A DNA stretch of 48,565 nt from positions 1 to 48,565 of the forward strand of contig JBHGNT010000226.1 of NCBI GenBank assembly GCA_043228905.1, in the 5' to 3' direction. Source of the DNA: Azolla caroliniana. Taxonomy: Eukaryota > Plantae > Polypodiophyta. The position numbers and the translations under genes were made by a program. The notes beneath the pieces are model-generated. The model was not told the DNA's origin. It ran no database searches and was given only the letters and a program-made list of their open reading frames with translations. Shown here in pieces: positions 1 through 11,428 of the stretch (position 1 is the stretch's first letter; the number at the start of each line of letters is the position of its first letter).

Positions 1-204
1 GCTATTCCGAGTAGTTCCCGCAGCGAAAAATCTACCTGGCTATCCAAGATTCTTTCCTCAAACACTCTTTTCAAGTCGGTTTGTTGTTCTATGTCCGAGG
101 CGAGCTTGAATGCCGGAGTCGCCTTTTCTTTTCCCCTACCTCCGGAGTTCCAGCTTTCCGGTATCTTCGATGGTCCGGCCGCATCCTCCGTGCGTCGTCG
201 TTTC
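1..204 (-). pseudogene. Continuation of Gypsy-2 gag-pol, split by the Gypsy-1 insertion
   Basis: Removing 205-10159 plus one TSD restores the frame: ...HEVYVDEK|RRRTEDAAGPSKIP...FKLASDIEQQTDLKRVFEERILDSQVDFSLRELLGIA. Confidence 0.88.
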
Positions 205-622
205 TGTTATTCGCTGGCCGGACAAGGCCTAACACAAGGTGTCACGGAGACACTTCACCAAAGGGTGATTACGGCATAGGATTAAGATTCAACGATTCCA
301 CCGACTTACGTAGGTTACACAATTAGAATGCTTTGGTTAATTACACGCGTAAGATATAACAGTAATTACAGAACGGAAATCAACACAGAAGTATAACACC
401 ATATGCTCTATTAATTATCCGCTGCGATTACAATGGGAACCGGGCCTTTAAATAGGTTTCCGGCCCGTAGTACAAAACGGTGCCCATCGCACCTATTCGG
501 GATCCGTCCGGATCTGGAACGGCATACCGTTTCCAGTCCGTCCGTCCACACTATTCCTATTTACAACCACACTTAATTAATTCCTTCACTCCGTATTTTG
601 GACTCCTTGCCGGCCGGTAACA
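205..622 (-). repeat. Gypsy-1 3' LTR
   Basis: TGTTA...TAACA termini; near-identical to 9742-10159. Confidence 0.96.
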
Positions 623-674
623 CATGGCACACCCGTGGGACAGTACCTTGTACGTCGAACCCTTCTCGGCCCCT

Positions 675-3398
675 TCATTGTTCACCCAAATTGTTCAAAA
701 TACTTTGTTCCAGAATTTCCACTTGTTCTTCCGGTTGTGGTTGTTGCGGATGTGCTTGCTGCTGCTGCTGTGGTTGCGGTTGGGCCTGAGGCTGCTCCGG
801 CTGCTCTGCTTGCTGCTGCTGCTGTGGTTGCGGTTGGGACTGAGACTGCTCCGGCTGCTCTATAGGCGGCTGCTCCGTTTGTTTCTCTGACTCCAGCATC
901 TCCGTTTGACTGCTTCCGGTCCGGTCTCCTTCCAGTAACGGTTCCTCATCACTGAGGTTGACCGTAACCGGTTCTCGTGCTTTCTGTTCCCGGATCCGGG
1001 ACCTCTCGTAGCTTTCAAACTGGATCTGTGCCTCCAGCCTGTCGTCGTCCAGCTGAGCTACAAGTTGCCGGACTTGCCCTAGTTGGTCCTCTGCCAAGGC
1101 TTGAAAGTCTTCGGCCAGCTCATCTCTTATGCCGGTGAAGTCTTCGGAAGTCAGCATATAGCAATCATCTCCCTCCTTCCGTCGGTTCTCTACGTCGGCC
1201 CGGAGCAATTGGAGTTCCGCCGCATTCGTGGCCCATTTGGTCCACCATTTGACGGAACCGTTGTCAATCAAGCTCTTGGTCTGGTTCAACCAGGCCCGCA
1301 TGATATCCTGGATGCGAGTTGCTCCCATTTGCGCTCTACTTTCCACCACTTGTCGTTCCTCCTTCAACTGCTTGATGAGATTCGCCGTATCCTCCGCCTG
1401 CTCTCTGTAGCGCGTCAGCTGCCCTTGATATGTTGTCTGCAGCCTCTGCAGTACCTCCGCCGCTCTTTCTTTTTCCGCCTGCTGTTGCCTGAGGAGCTCT
1501 GTCCGAACCTTCTCCGCCTCTTCCAACCGTCTTCTGGTTTCCGCTTGTTCCTTAGCGTATGCCGTTGCGGTCCGATCAACTGCTTGCCGGAGCTCATCTG
1601 TCCGTTCCTTGTGCTCCGTTTGCAACCGTTTATACTCCCAGTGCAAGTGCTCAAATTCCTCCGTTTTTTGTTTGAGCTTGCCGTTGATCTGGCGATGGTT
1701 CCGGTCCTCCCGGTCCTTTACCTGCCTGAGTTCCTCTTTCAGGCGCTCTACTTCTGTTTCGGCATTTCTCCGGAGTCTGTCCTTCTCTTGCAGCATTTTC
1801 TCCTTTTCCTCCTTGAGCCGGTCGTACGCTTGGTGGCCTTTCCGTAAGCTCTCCTCAGCCCGGCGTAGATTCTCAGCAGTCTTTTTGAGTTCTGCCTCCG
1901 CTGCCGTCTTCAACTCTCTTTCGCGGCTCCTCAGCGCTTCTTGGGCAGCTAGCTCATCCTTTAAGTCCGCAAGCTCTTGAACTTGTGCCGCATTTCTCTC
2001 CGGAACGGTTTCCGTTGCCGGGGTCTGATTGCTATGTATAGGTTGATCTGACGCTTTATGCTGTACATTGCCCGGAGTCACCGGTGCTTGGACTTGTGTT
2101 GTCAAAGCCAATTGAGCCATTTCCCTTGTGACCCTGTCCAAGTCTTGTTCAAGGCTCCGGATTCTGGACCGGGCTGTCTCTAGATCTACGGTTGTGACGA
2201 GCAACCGTTCGTTGTGCGCTCTCTCCTCCGCCTCTATGTACTCGACCGCTCCGGCGATCTGCTCGCCTACCCACCGTAGCCACATGCTACTGGTGCCTTG
2301 CTGCTGTACTGGTCGGGTCGGCTCGTTCACTGTGGAATTGTCTGGCCTGAGTGCCTGTATCTGCCGTTCTGTTTCTACTCCTTGGCCGCCGTGTGTGCTG
2401 GCTGGGCTCGCCGGTTGTTGAGTTCCGGTTCTCGCCGTCTCCGGAGCCGTTGGAATGACTTCTTCTATAGAAGTCGACAAGGCCGGTTCCATACGCACCG
2501 GTTCCGGTTCCTCCCTTGTGGTTTGCTCAGGTTGAGTTGGGGACGTTTCTTCCTCTTGCGGGTACGAACGGTCCCCCGCTGTCCCGGCGGTCCTGCTTCT
2601 TGACCGTCGTTGGAGGTGCTCTTCTGGCTCCTCCGTTTCCTCTTCCTGGGTAACGGCATGTTTCTGTGCCGTCAAGGGTTCCGGTTCCTTCTGTCCCGGT
2701 CGCCGTATGGTTATCTTAACGGGTCGGACCGGTGACACCTCCTCCAGTTCTGGGAGCCGTTTCTTTCCTTTCGTCGCCTTTGACGCCAGCAGCTGCTGTC
2801 GTTTGGACGCGGGTTTCGAAGTGCTTCCTTCCGATAATCTTGGCCGCTTCTTTGGCTGAACAGTCTCCACCGGCGGCACGAGCAATGTTATCCACTAAGC
2901 TATGGCATGCCACAGCTTCCGGCCCTCCTTGCCGTCCTTCCCTCGTACCATGTCGATTGCCGCGCACAAACCGTCTGCAATCAACACCGGCCAGTCCACC
3001 TTGATCCCTTCATAGGTGGCTATGATCATCCCTGCCCGATTTTTTGGCATGACAGGGGGTCGGGGGTACACGTGGCCGTACTCATGGAGCACTCGAGCTA
3101 TCTCCCTGAATAGCGGATCTTCGCCGCCCTACGTACGATACCCTTTGCCGGCTACAGAGTACTCACCGAAATATCGGATGAGTTGCTCCGAGGTTGGGTT
3201 ATCAATCTGAAAAATACCTCCCTCCGGAAGGCCTGTTAGCGCACGGATCGCTTCTTCGGTGATGACTTCTGTGTCGAGCTCCTTGATGACCCGGTCGGCT
3301 TCTCTGTGCGGTGGTGCCTCCATGATGGTCAAGAACCCATCCAGTCCGTGTTGCCTGAACCATTTCCTGGCCGCTTCCGACAGCGTTTGTGGTTCCAT
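675..3398 (-). pseudogene. Gypsy-1 extra ORF downstream of pol (~907 aa; globular N-terminus, long coiled coil, Q/P-rich tail) with two in-frame TAG stops
   Basis: ORFs 3129-3698, 2895-3092 and 675-2885 share one frame; first plausible ATG at 3398; stops at 3129-3131 and 2895-2897; heptad-like E/K/R/Q/L-rich region. Confidence 0.85.
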
Positions 3399-3781
3399 GT
3401 CTGCTTCGAGGTAAAGGAAAGATGGCGAGGTAGAGTGGTGATGAGAGTGAGAGCGAGAGAGAGAGCGTTCTGAACGCGGCGGTTCTCTGAGTGCAGGTTC
3501 GCGTTTGCTAAGCTTCCACTGCCTTGGTGCTTCTGTGCTTCTTGGCTCGCGAAAACAAAAGGTCTCCATGCGTTCTTCTTTTTCTCTGTGCGTCTTGGCG
3601 CCTTTTTCGAGCATGCGCACGTCGTGTACCAAATTAGTATTAAGCAATGTGGCGGCTCTTAAATGCCCACTACGTACCTTTTCGCTCCTTGCTTTCACGT
3701 CCGTTCATACCTCGATTTTTAATGATTTTGTTTTTTTTGTTTTTTTTGTTTTTTTTTTTCTTTTAATGACGGTATGTGATC

Positions 3782-6700
3782 TTACACATCCGTCGGTCCC
3801 TTCGGACCCTTACCGTTTTCCTTACGGGTTGCCGTGTCTTCCTTCGCCTCTGCTACGGGTTCCCCGTCGTCTTTTCCTTCCATCCGTACCGTTCCCGGTA
3901 TAGTGCCGGTGGGCTGCATAAACGGGTTATTTGGCATCGGTCCTTTATAGGGCTTTAGTCTAAATCCGTTCACCCACTTGCCTAGTACTTCACCGGCAAG
4001 TGTCCCTATCTGATAGGACCCGTTGTATTCCCGTGTCAGCCAATACGGGCCTGTCCATCTAAACCGGAGTTTACCTGGCATCTTGCCCATCCTCGTTTGG
4101 AATACTAGCACCGGCTTCCCGATTTCGAACATCTTTTCGTTACCTTTCCGGTGACGGTCAACGAACGCTTTCCGTCGTCGTTGCTCTAGTTCCATGTGTA
4201 GGATGCTGGCCAGCCGTTGCACCTCCAGTTCGCATAGTGCTGCTAGCCGCATTTCCTCCGACTTCTTTTCATTCAGCCGTTCCCGTAGTTGGATCCGTAA
4301 GCTTGGTACCTGAAATTCCACCGGCATGACCGCCTCTAAGCCGAACGCTAACCGGAACGGCGTTGTCCGGATACTTGTTTTGTATGCCGTTCGGTACGCC
4401 CATAGCGCGCTATGGAGCTTTGTATCCCAGTCCGTCCGGTTTTCATTGACAATTTTGCGGAGAATGTTCTGCAGCGTTTTGTTGGTGGACTCTGCTAACC
4501 CGTTCGCTTGTGGGTAGTACGGTGTGCTCCGTTTATGGACCACGGCATAGAACGTTGTTAAGCTTTCAACTACCTGGCCGAGGAAGTGCCCTCCTTGGTC
4601 GCTGATTAGTTTAATCGGACATCCATATCGGCACCAAATGTTCTCGTACAGGAATTTTGCTGTGGATGACGCGGTATTGTCTCTCAAGGCCTTAGCCTCC
4701 ACCCATTTAGTGCAATATTCTGTTGCCACGATGACATAACGATTACCCGTTCTCATTGCCGGTGGCTTGAACGGTCCGACAAAATCCAACCCCCACTTCT
4801 GGAATGGCTCTAGTGGAAGTACCGGTTGGTGTGGCATCCGTGCTTGCTCCGTAGGCTGGCCCATTCGTTGGCATAGGTCACATTCCTTAGCATACTTGAC
4901 GGCGTCTTTTAACGTCGTGGGCCACCATAAGCCGCTCTGCCATACTTTCCTTGCCGTCGCTTCCCCGGCATAGTGTCCTCCGGCAACCCCACAGTGTGCT
5001 TCCCGTAAGATTACTTCTTTCTCGTCACTACAGACTGCCCGTCTCCATATTCCATCTGCTCCCTTGTGGTAGAGAGTGTCCCGTAACAGACAGAAATTGC
5101 GGCTCTGCACCGCCAGTCGTTTCCTCTCGTCCCGGTTCATTTCCTCCGGTGGTAGGCCCATGCTTAGGAATTGGTGCATGTTTGTCAGCCACCTATCTTC
5201 TGATGCCACCGTGTCGTCCGCTGCCGTTTCCGGGGTGATACGGAATAACTCTGCGTCCGGGAATTCATCCGATACTCCGTCGCCTGATTCTTCGGACTCT
5301 AACCGGCTCAGGTAGTCTGCTACGGCATGCTGGATTCCGGGCCGGTGGAATATCTCGAATTCGAACTCCTGCAACAGCAAGGTCCAACGGGCCAACTTAC
5401 CGGTCAGGGACGCCTTGGACACTAAGTACAGGAGCGCCGAGTGATCCACATGAAAGGAGAACTTCCTTCCCAATAGGTAATGATGAAACTTTGTGACACT
5501 GTAGATCATGCCCAGGGCCTCCCGTTCTGTCGTCGAATAGTTCTTCTCCGCTTGGGACAGCTTCCGGCTGGCGTAATATACCGGCTGGTACCATTTAGGC
5601 TCCGTAAGTTGCATTAAGGCGCTGCCGATAGCGATGTCGGAAGCGTCAACGAACACATGAAATTCCTTGCTCCAATCCGGAGGCTGCACGACGGGTGCTT
5701 GCGACAAAAGTACCTTCAGGGCGTTGTATGCCTTGTCCTCCGTATCCGTCCATTGGAACGGTGTCCGATGTACCGCGGTGTGTAATGGTGTAGCCAAGTC
5801 AGCCAAGTGACGGAGCATCCGGCTGTGCCACCGGATCTGTCCTAAGAATCGGCTGAGTGCTTTGGCCGTTTTCGGCGCCGGTGCCCCTAGTATCGCGTTT
5901 ACTTTGTCCGGGTCGACCGCAATGCCCTCCTTACTTACAATGTGGCCCAGTAAGATTCCACTTGAAACCCCAAAGATGCATTTTGCTGGGTTTAAGCTTA
6001 GCCGGTATAACCTACACTTTTCAAGGCATAACCGTAGGTGTTGCAAATGGTCTTTTCCCCGGCTATAGACTGCAAAATCATCCAGAAAAACCTGCATGAA
6101 GGCAGGAATGTATTCGCCGAAGATCTCCATGATGATTCGCTGGAAAGTTGCTGGTGCCGTTTTTAGGCCGAACATCATTACTTCGGCCACAAACACCCCC
6201 CATTCGGTGACGAACGTTGTCTTCTCCTGGTCGTCGGGGTGCATCCGGATTTGATTGTATCCGCTGAACCCGTCTAAAAAACTATAAACTTCATGGCCGG
6301 CGACGGCATCCAGTACTCCATCCGTGAACGGAAGAGGGAATGCATCCGTAATTGTGGCTGCATTTAATTTCCTGTAATCTACACACACGCGGATTTTACC
6401 GTTCTTCTTCGGGACGACGACGATGGGGCTCAGCCACGTCGCTTTCTTTACCGGCCGGATGAAGCCCACTCTTAGGAGTTTGTCGATTTCCTCCTTCACT
6501 TTGGCGGCGTAGTTGGGGTTCATTCGGTAACGTCGTTGCGCCACTGGTTTCGCGTCCTTGCCTAAGTGGATCTGATGCTGATATAATTGAGGGTCCAGCC
6601 CTCGCATGTCTTCGTATGACCAGGCGAATACGTCGCGAAACTCCGTGAGAAGTTTGATCATCGCCGCTTTATCTTCCGGCTTCATTTCTTTGGCGATGTG

Positions 6701-9688
6701 TACCGGCTTTGATTCGTCCTTGCTTCCTAGGTTCACTTCGTCGAGCTGGGATGCTTTTACCCGTTGGGAAACGGCCATTTCCCATTCCAACGCTTCCTGT
6801 GCTTGCCGTAATTCCCGAATCGCATCTTTGTCTGGTTCGGCTTCGGTTTCGTCCCGCTGTGGCAAGTATGGCGCTACGGCTTCAGCTACGTCAATCTCGA
6901 AGAGTGGTACGATCTTCGGGTGTTCCTCCAAGTACTGGGCTTCTTCGTCGTCTGCCAACCCTTCAAGCATGTTCACGCATTCCGCATACAGCGGTGTGCA
7001 TTCCTTACCGTTGCTTGTCCGTGGTTGTGTCGGTACCCGGACCTTGGCTTTTCCGCGCCGGAAGGTAATCATATTTTTCCGCCAATTTTGCTTGATGTGT
7101 GTTGTTTTCAACCATGGTCTGCCCAGCAACAGTGGGTACGCGCCTTGCGCCTGTAGCTGCAGCACTACAGCCGAGATGTGAAATGTGTGACCTCCTATGG
7201 TGACTTCCAATTTCCGTATTAAGCCCGTCGGCCGTACAGAGCTCGTATCCGCCATCTGTAGCCAGAACGGACATGGCTCCCATTCATGTATACCCAAGGC
7301 ATCGCACGTGCGGAGGCTTATTACGTTCACCCCGGAACCTCCATCGATTACTGTGCCGGGAAGTTCGTGGCCTTTGACAATAGCTGTAATCACCGGACTA
7401 CTAGTGTCCACCACCGTCGGTCCCTCCTCCGGATTCGAGAAGAGGACTGGTGCCGGTGGGGCTATACCGTCTGTCATGACCGTTTTTAGTCCTTCCGTAA
7501 ATCGCGGCACGAGCTGCAAGAGTCTTCCTAATGGCAACGTGATCTGACATTCTTGCAGTGCTTGCCACGTCTCGTTTTCTGGGTGGCTACCGCCGGCACT
7601 CCCTATGGTATTCGCCTTTTGCCGTTCCGCGTCCGCGACGTTCCTTTCATTGGCTTCCTTCACCCATTCCGTCGCCTGTTTTCGTATGGCCTCTTGTGTT
7701 TCCCACTCTTTGGCCATGCCTTTCGACCGTGTGGTTACTTGCTGTATATCCGCCACTTCCGGAACCACCATATTAACTGCTGGTCGTTTCTTGTAGCTCT
7801 TTACCGGGCACTGGTTACTGTAGTGGCCTTCCTGCCTGCAGTAGTAGCAGTACTCTTTACGGGTATTGCTGGATTCAGCATTGCTGGTAGCCGGAGTCGG
7901 TCCCGTAGTGAGTGGTGCGTTCTGTGCCGGTTGGCTCCTTGGGGTTCCATGTTCCGGGTCCCTAGTGTGACCACCTTTCTTGAAATTACGTTTCTTATTA
8001 TTCTTATTTTTATTTCGGTAGTCCGGTCGTGGTGGATCGTAAAATCGGCCGTAGTCCTCCTGGTGCCTTCGGTAACCAGGGGAATGGTCTCTGTCGTATT
8101 GCTCGTGTCGTCTGTTGGACTCCCGATAACGGTCCGATCGCTCATACCGGTCGTAGTTATCATGCCGATTCCCGTACCGGCCATCATTCTCTTGTCTGTC
8201 TCCGTACTGGACATCCTGTGCCGGTCGGTACCGGTTCATTCTTTGCCAACGATCGTCATCTTCGTCTCGGCTGCTTCTTGGCTCGATCCGTCGGACAGGT
8301 GGTGCTTGTCGGTTTAACAGGTTATACTCGCACCGGTCCGTTGTATGACTCTTGGATTGACAAATCACACACTGAGTTCGCATGGTGCACTCCACTGCCG
8401 AGTGTCCGGCATTCAAGCAGATTGTGCATTGAATTGCCTGCCGGAACCGGAGATCTTCCTCGGTGGGTAACGCCCGTTGCAGTGTTCCCAGTGTAAGCCA
8501 TGAGCTTGACTTTTCCATTTCTCTGACCCGGTCAATGACCTGGTCAATGGTGCTTCCTCGAAAGTCGATTACCGTACACACCGTGCGTAACGGTTCCTGG
8601 AGTGCGTTTAAAAATATCGTCCGTAATTCCTCCTCCGGGGGTGCACGGGCAAGCTGGCTATGCATTCGTTGGAAACGGATGACGAATTGGGAAATGCTTT
8701 CCCCTGCCTCCTGTCGGATCGTATAAAACAGGCCCACCATTGTCGTCTGGTCGACCTCCTTGTGGAAAAAATGCAAGAATTTTGCTTTTAATTCTGCAAA
8801 GGTTGTGATGGTCGCCGGGTCCTACGTCCGCCGCCATCGTGTCGCTGGTCCTTCCAACGTGACCCCGAATTCCGCTATCTTCGAGCGTTCTTCTTCCTCC
8901 GGTGTCATTCGCTGGGACGTGTGATTTGCTTCCCATGTCTGCTCGAAGGCATGAACATGCGCTTCCGCGTCCGGGTCATCGCGATACTTTGAGTATTGGA
9001 ACGGCATGTCGTCGTCCAGTATTAGGCCGCGGTTTAGTGGAGTTTGTTGATATCTTTCCGGTTTTCTCTCCGGTTCCACTTCCGGTTCTTTTGCCGGTGC
9101 TTTTTCCGGTTCCTTTTCCGGTTCTTTTTCCGGTGCTTTTTCCGGTTCCTTTTCCGGTTCTTTTTCCGGTTCCTTCACCGGCTCTTCTTCCGGTGCCTTT
9201 GTCGGCTCTTTCGTTGGTGTCGGTGGCTTTGCTTCTTCCACTTCCGGTGTTGGTGGGTTGACGGCTTCCGTTTGTGGTTCCGGATAGCCCTGGTCGAACG
9301 GTTCCGGTTCTGGAGTCGGCACGGTATCCGACCCGTCGTCCTCCGGGCCGCCGGGGGTATCGTTGCTGCTCCGGTAGTTCGTGTGCACGCTGTATCCCCC
9401 TTCGGAATCCGATTCATAGGCTGAAAAGGCTTCTGCCTCGTTTTCTCCGCTTGCCAGTGCCTCGAGGAGGCGTTCGGTTCCCCGGAGACTACTTAGACTG
9501 CTTCCGTCGTCCTGGTCGCGAGTTTGCCGTAACCGAAGAGATTCCTCCGCGACTCTCCGGATCTCGTTGGAGAACGAACGATCCGAGCGAATTTCGTGTG
9601 CTGCTTGCTGGAAAGTCTCACGCCGTCTTTGCCGTTCGGGGAGGCGTCGAGCTCGGTCTGTAACCAGGTCGTGCGTTGTTCTCGTCAT
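3782..9688 (-). pseudogene. Gypsy-1 gag-pol polyprotein (~1968 codons) with one in-frame TAG at 8822-8824
   Basis: ORFs 8822-9688 and 3782-8776 are in the same frame. Motifs: three CCHC knuckles (CTICLNAGHSAVEC, CVICQSKSHTTDRC, CYYCRQEGHYSNQC), protease VIDGGSGVN, RT CVDYRKLN/FLDD, RNase H VFVDAS, integrase HHCC zinc finger and GLDFVGP, GPY motif; no chromodomain. Confidence 0.95.
9060..9200 (-). repeat. 12-bp minisatellite encoding (PEKE/PEKA)n in the gag N-terminus
   Basis: Repeated tccggttcttt/tccggtgcttt units; translation KEPEKEPEKEPEKAPEKE. Confidence 0.9.
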
Positions 9689-9724
9689 CCATTAAGCCGT
9701 CGTTCACTGCGAGAAAGCAGGGAT

Positions 9725-9735
9725 CGTGGTCGCCA
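9725..9735 (-). other. Primer binding site, tRNA-Arg-like (TGGCGACCACG)
   Basis: TGG-initial motif 6 nt inside the 5' LTR; resembles known tRNA-Arg PBS sequences. Confidence 0.7.
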
Positions 9736-9741
9736 AAACTG

Positions 9742-10159
9742 TGTTATTCGCTGGCCGGACAAGGCCTAACACAAGGTGTCACGGAGACACTTCACCAAAG
9801 GGTGATTACGGCATAGGATTAAGATTTAACGATTCCACCGACTTACGTAGGTTACACAATTAGAATGCTTTGGTTAATTACACGCGTAAGATATAACAGT
9901 AATTACAGAACGGAAATCAACACAGAAGTATAACACCATATGCTCTATTAATTATCCGCTGCGATTACAATGGGAACCGGGCCTTTAAATAGGTTTCCGG
10001 CCCATAGTACAAAACGGTGCCCATCGCACCTATTCGGGATCCGTCCGGATCTAGAACGGCATACCGTTTCCAGTCCGTCCGTCCACACTATTCCTATTTA
10101 CAACCACACTTAATTAATTCCTTCACTCCGTATTTTGGACTCCTTGCCGGCCGGTAACA
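9742..10159 (-). repeat. Gypsy-1 5' LTR
   Basis: Direct repeat of 205-622; followed on the minus strand by PBS and gag. Confidence 0.96.
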
Positions 10160-11390
10160 GTTTCTCGTCCACATACACCTCATGTAATTGACACAGGGCG
10201 TATATGCTATTCTTGTCGACAGGGCACTCCCATCCCGTAGCTTCTCGGACGCCTTCCGCGGTGTTTCGGATATCGTTGGAGTCGGTTTTCTCGGTGTTTC
10301 CTAGCACCTCCGGCCAGAAAGACGCCTTCGCTCCCGTTGACTCCCCGACACATATTCCCGCGGTTGTCGCATAGTTGCTTCTTGCCGCTAACTCCTCCTC
10401 GAGCACCTTCTTCATGCCGCCTTTCCGGAAGTTCGGTCGGAGTGGCTTCCGAGAGTCCATCGAATGAATCCGGTTTCCCTCGTAGTAGATGAGATCCCGT
10501 CATAGCGCCTCCTTATGGTCGTCGCAATCCCTCCGATCGTGTTCGGCGCTATCGCACCATATGCACCGTCGATCCGTATATTTGGAGCTTGTGGGGCGGT
10601 CATCCGACTTCTTCACCATCGCGATCTTTAGATTCTCCATCTCCTTCAGCAGCTGCTCCATCGTAGACGCATCGACTCCCTTCTCGGCCGTAATCTCCCG
10701 AGCCCTCGGTTGATGGTCTTCCAGTCCCGTTCTCGGTTTCGAAATCGGTTCCGAAACCCTCTTTTCTTCGTTGGCAAGCCATTGCCCCCTCTTCGTGTAC
10801 CGCGCGACGATATCCCGCACGCTTTCCCATGTTTCGGTGAGGCCGCTTTCGGTGGTCGTGTCCTCAAGAAGCACTCCGAGATCTTTCCGGTCCCGGACGT
10901 CCACAGCTCGCAAAAACATGATGACTTTGTCCGGTGCAAGAATAGTTTGATCTCTCGCGGACAACCTCCCGAACCGACTTTCGAATGTCGAAAACACTTC
11001 GAGGACCTTCAGCCCCTTACCTGACGTTTCCACCCAATCCTCGAATCCCCTCCGCGTTGCCTTGGAGGAGTCCTCGATGGCAAACGTGGTCTTTAACGCC
11101 TCTTCGAATGCTTCCCACGTCGGATTTTGTTGTTGCAACCCGTGGATACTCCCTTGAAGCCCGTCGGTCGCCACCCGGTTAAAGGATGTCACTTGCAGTC
11201 CTTCCGAAGCCCGGCACCGGAGCATCTCCGCCTTGTAGTCCTGCAAATATCGCGACACATCCTTACCATTAAATTGCCCGTTGCGTTGCACGAGCCGCTC
11301 TACTGATGCCGAAATCTCCGACATCGTGCGTTGTTCTTGAAACATCCGTTCGAACATCGCCATCATATTGTTAGCTTGTTGAGCCTCCAT
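10160..11390 (-). pseudogene. Gypsy-2 gag (zinc knuckle CIWCDSAEHDRRDC), in-frame TGA at 10500-10502
   Basis: ORFs 10500-11411 and 10110-10460 are in the same frame; first ATG at 11390 just after the PBS; GQFNGKDVSRYL capsid-like start. Confidence 0.85.
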
Positions 11391-11407
11391 CTCCTTGCCA
11401 CCCGTCT

Positions 11408-11424
11408 TCACGTCGGGTTCACCA
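11408..11424 (-). other. Primer binding site complementary to tRNA-Trp (TGGTGAACCCGACGTGA)
   Basis: 17-nt match to the 3' end of plant cytosolic tRNA-Trp (...TCACGTCGGGTTCACCA), 4 nt inside the LTR. Confidence 0.88.
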
Positions 11425-11428
11425 ACTG

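Larger units (their letters stand above)
205..10159 (-). mobile_element. Full-length non-chromovirus Ty3/Gypsy LTR retrotransposon (Gypsy-1; Phygy/Selgy/Athila-Tat-related) with extra 3' ORF
   Basis: Two 418-bp TG..CA LTRs (205-622, 9742-10159) with about 3 differences; 5-bp TSD GTTTC at 200-204 and 10160-10164; gag-PR-RT-RH-INT order on minus strand; PBS next to the right LTR. Confidence 0.97.

Noticed and set aside
598-2603. Many plus-strand ORFs (Leu/Phe/Cys-rich, some hydrophobic) opposite the Gypsy-1 extra ORF
   Set aside because: Antisense shadows of a Q/E/K-rich GC-rich coding strand; no independent motifs, so not an env gene.
8776-8824. Possible programmed frameshift or readthrough between gag and pol
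   Set aside because: Both ORFs are in the same frame and the stop lies mid-capsid, before the zinc knuckles; most likely a point mutation.
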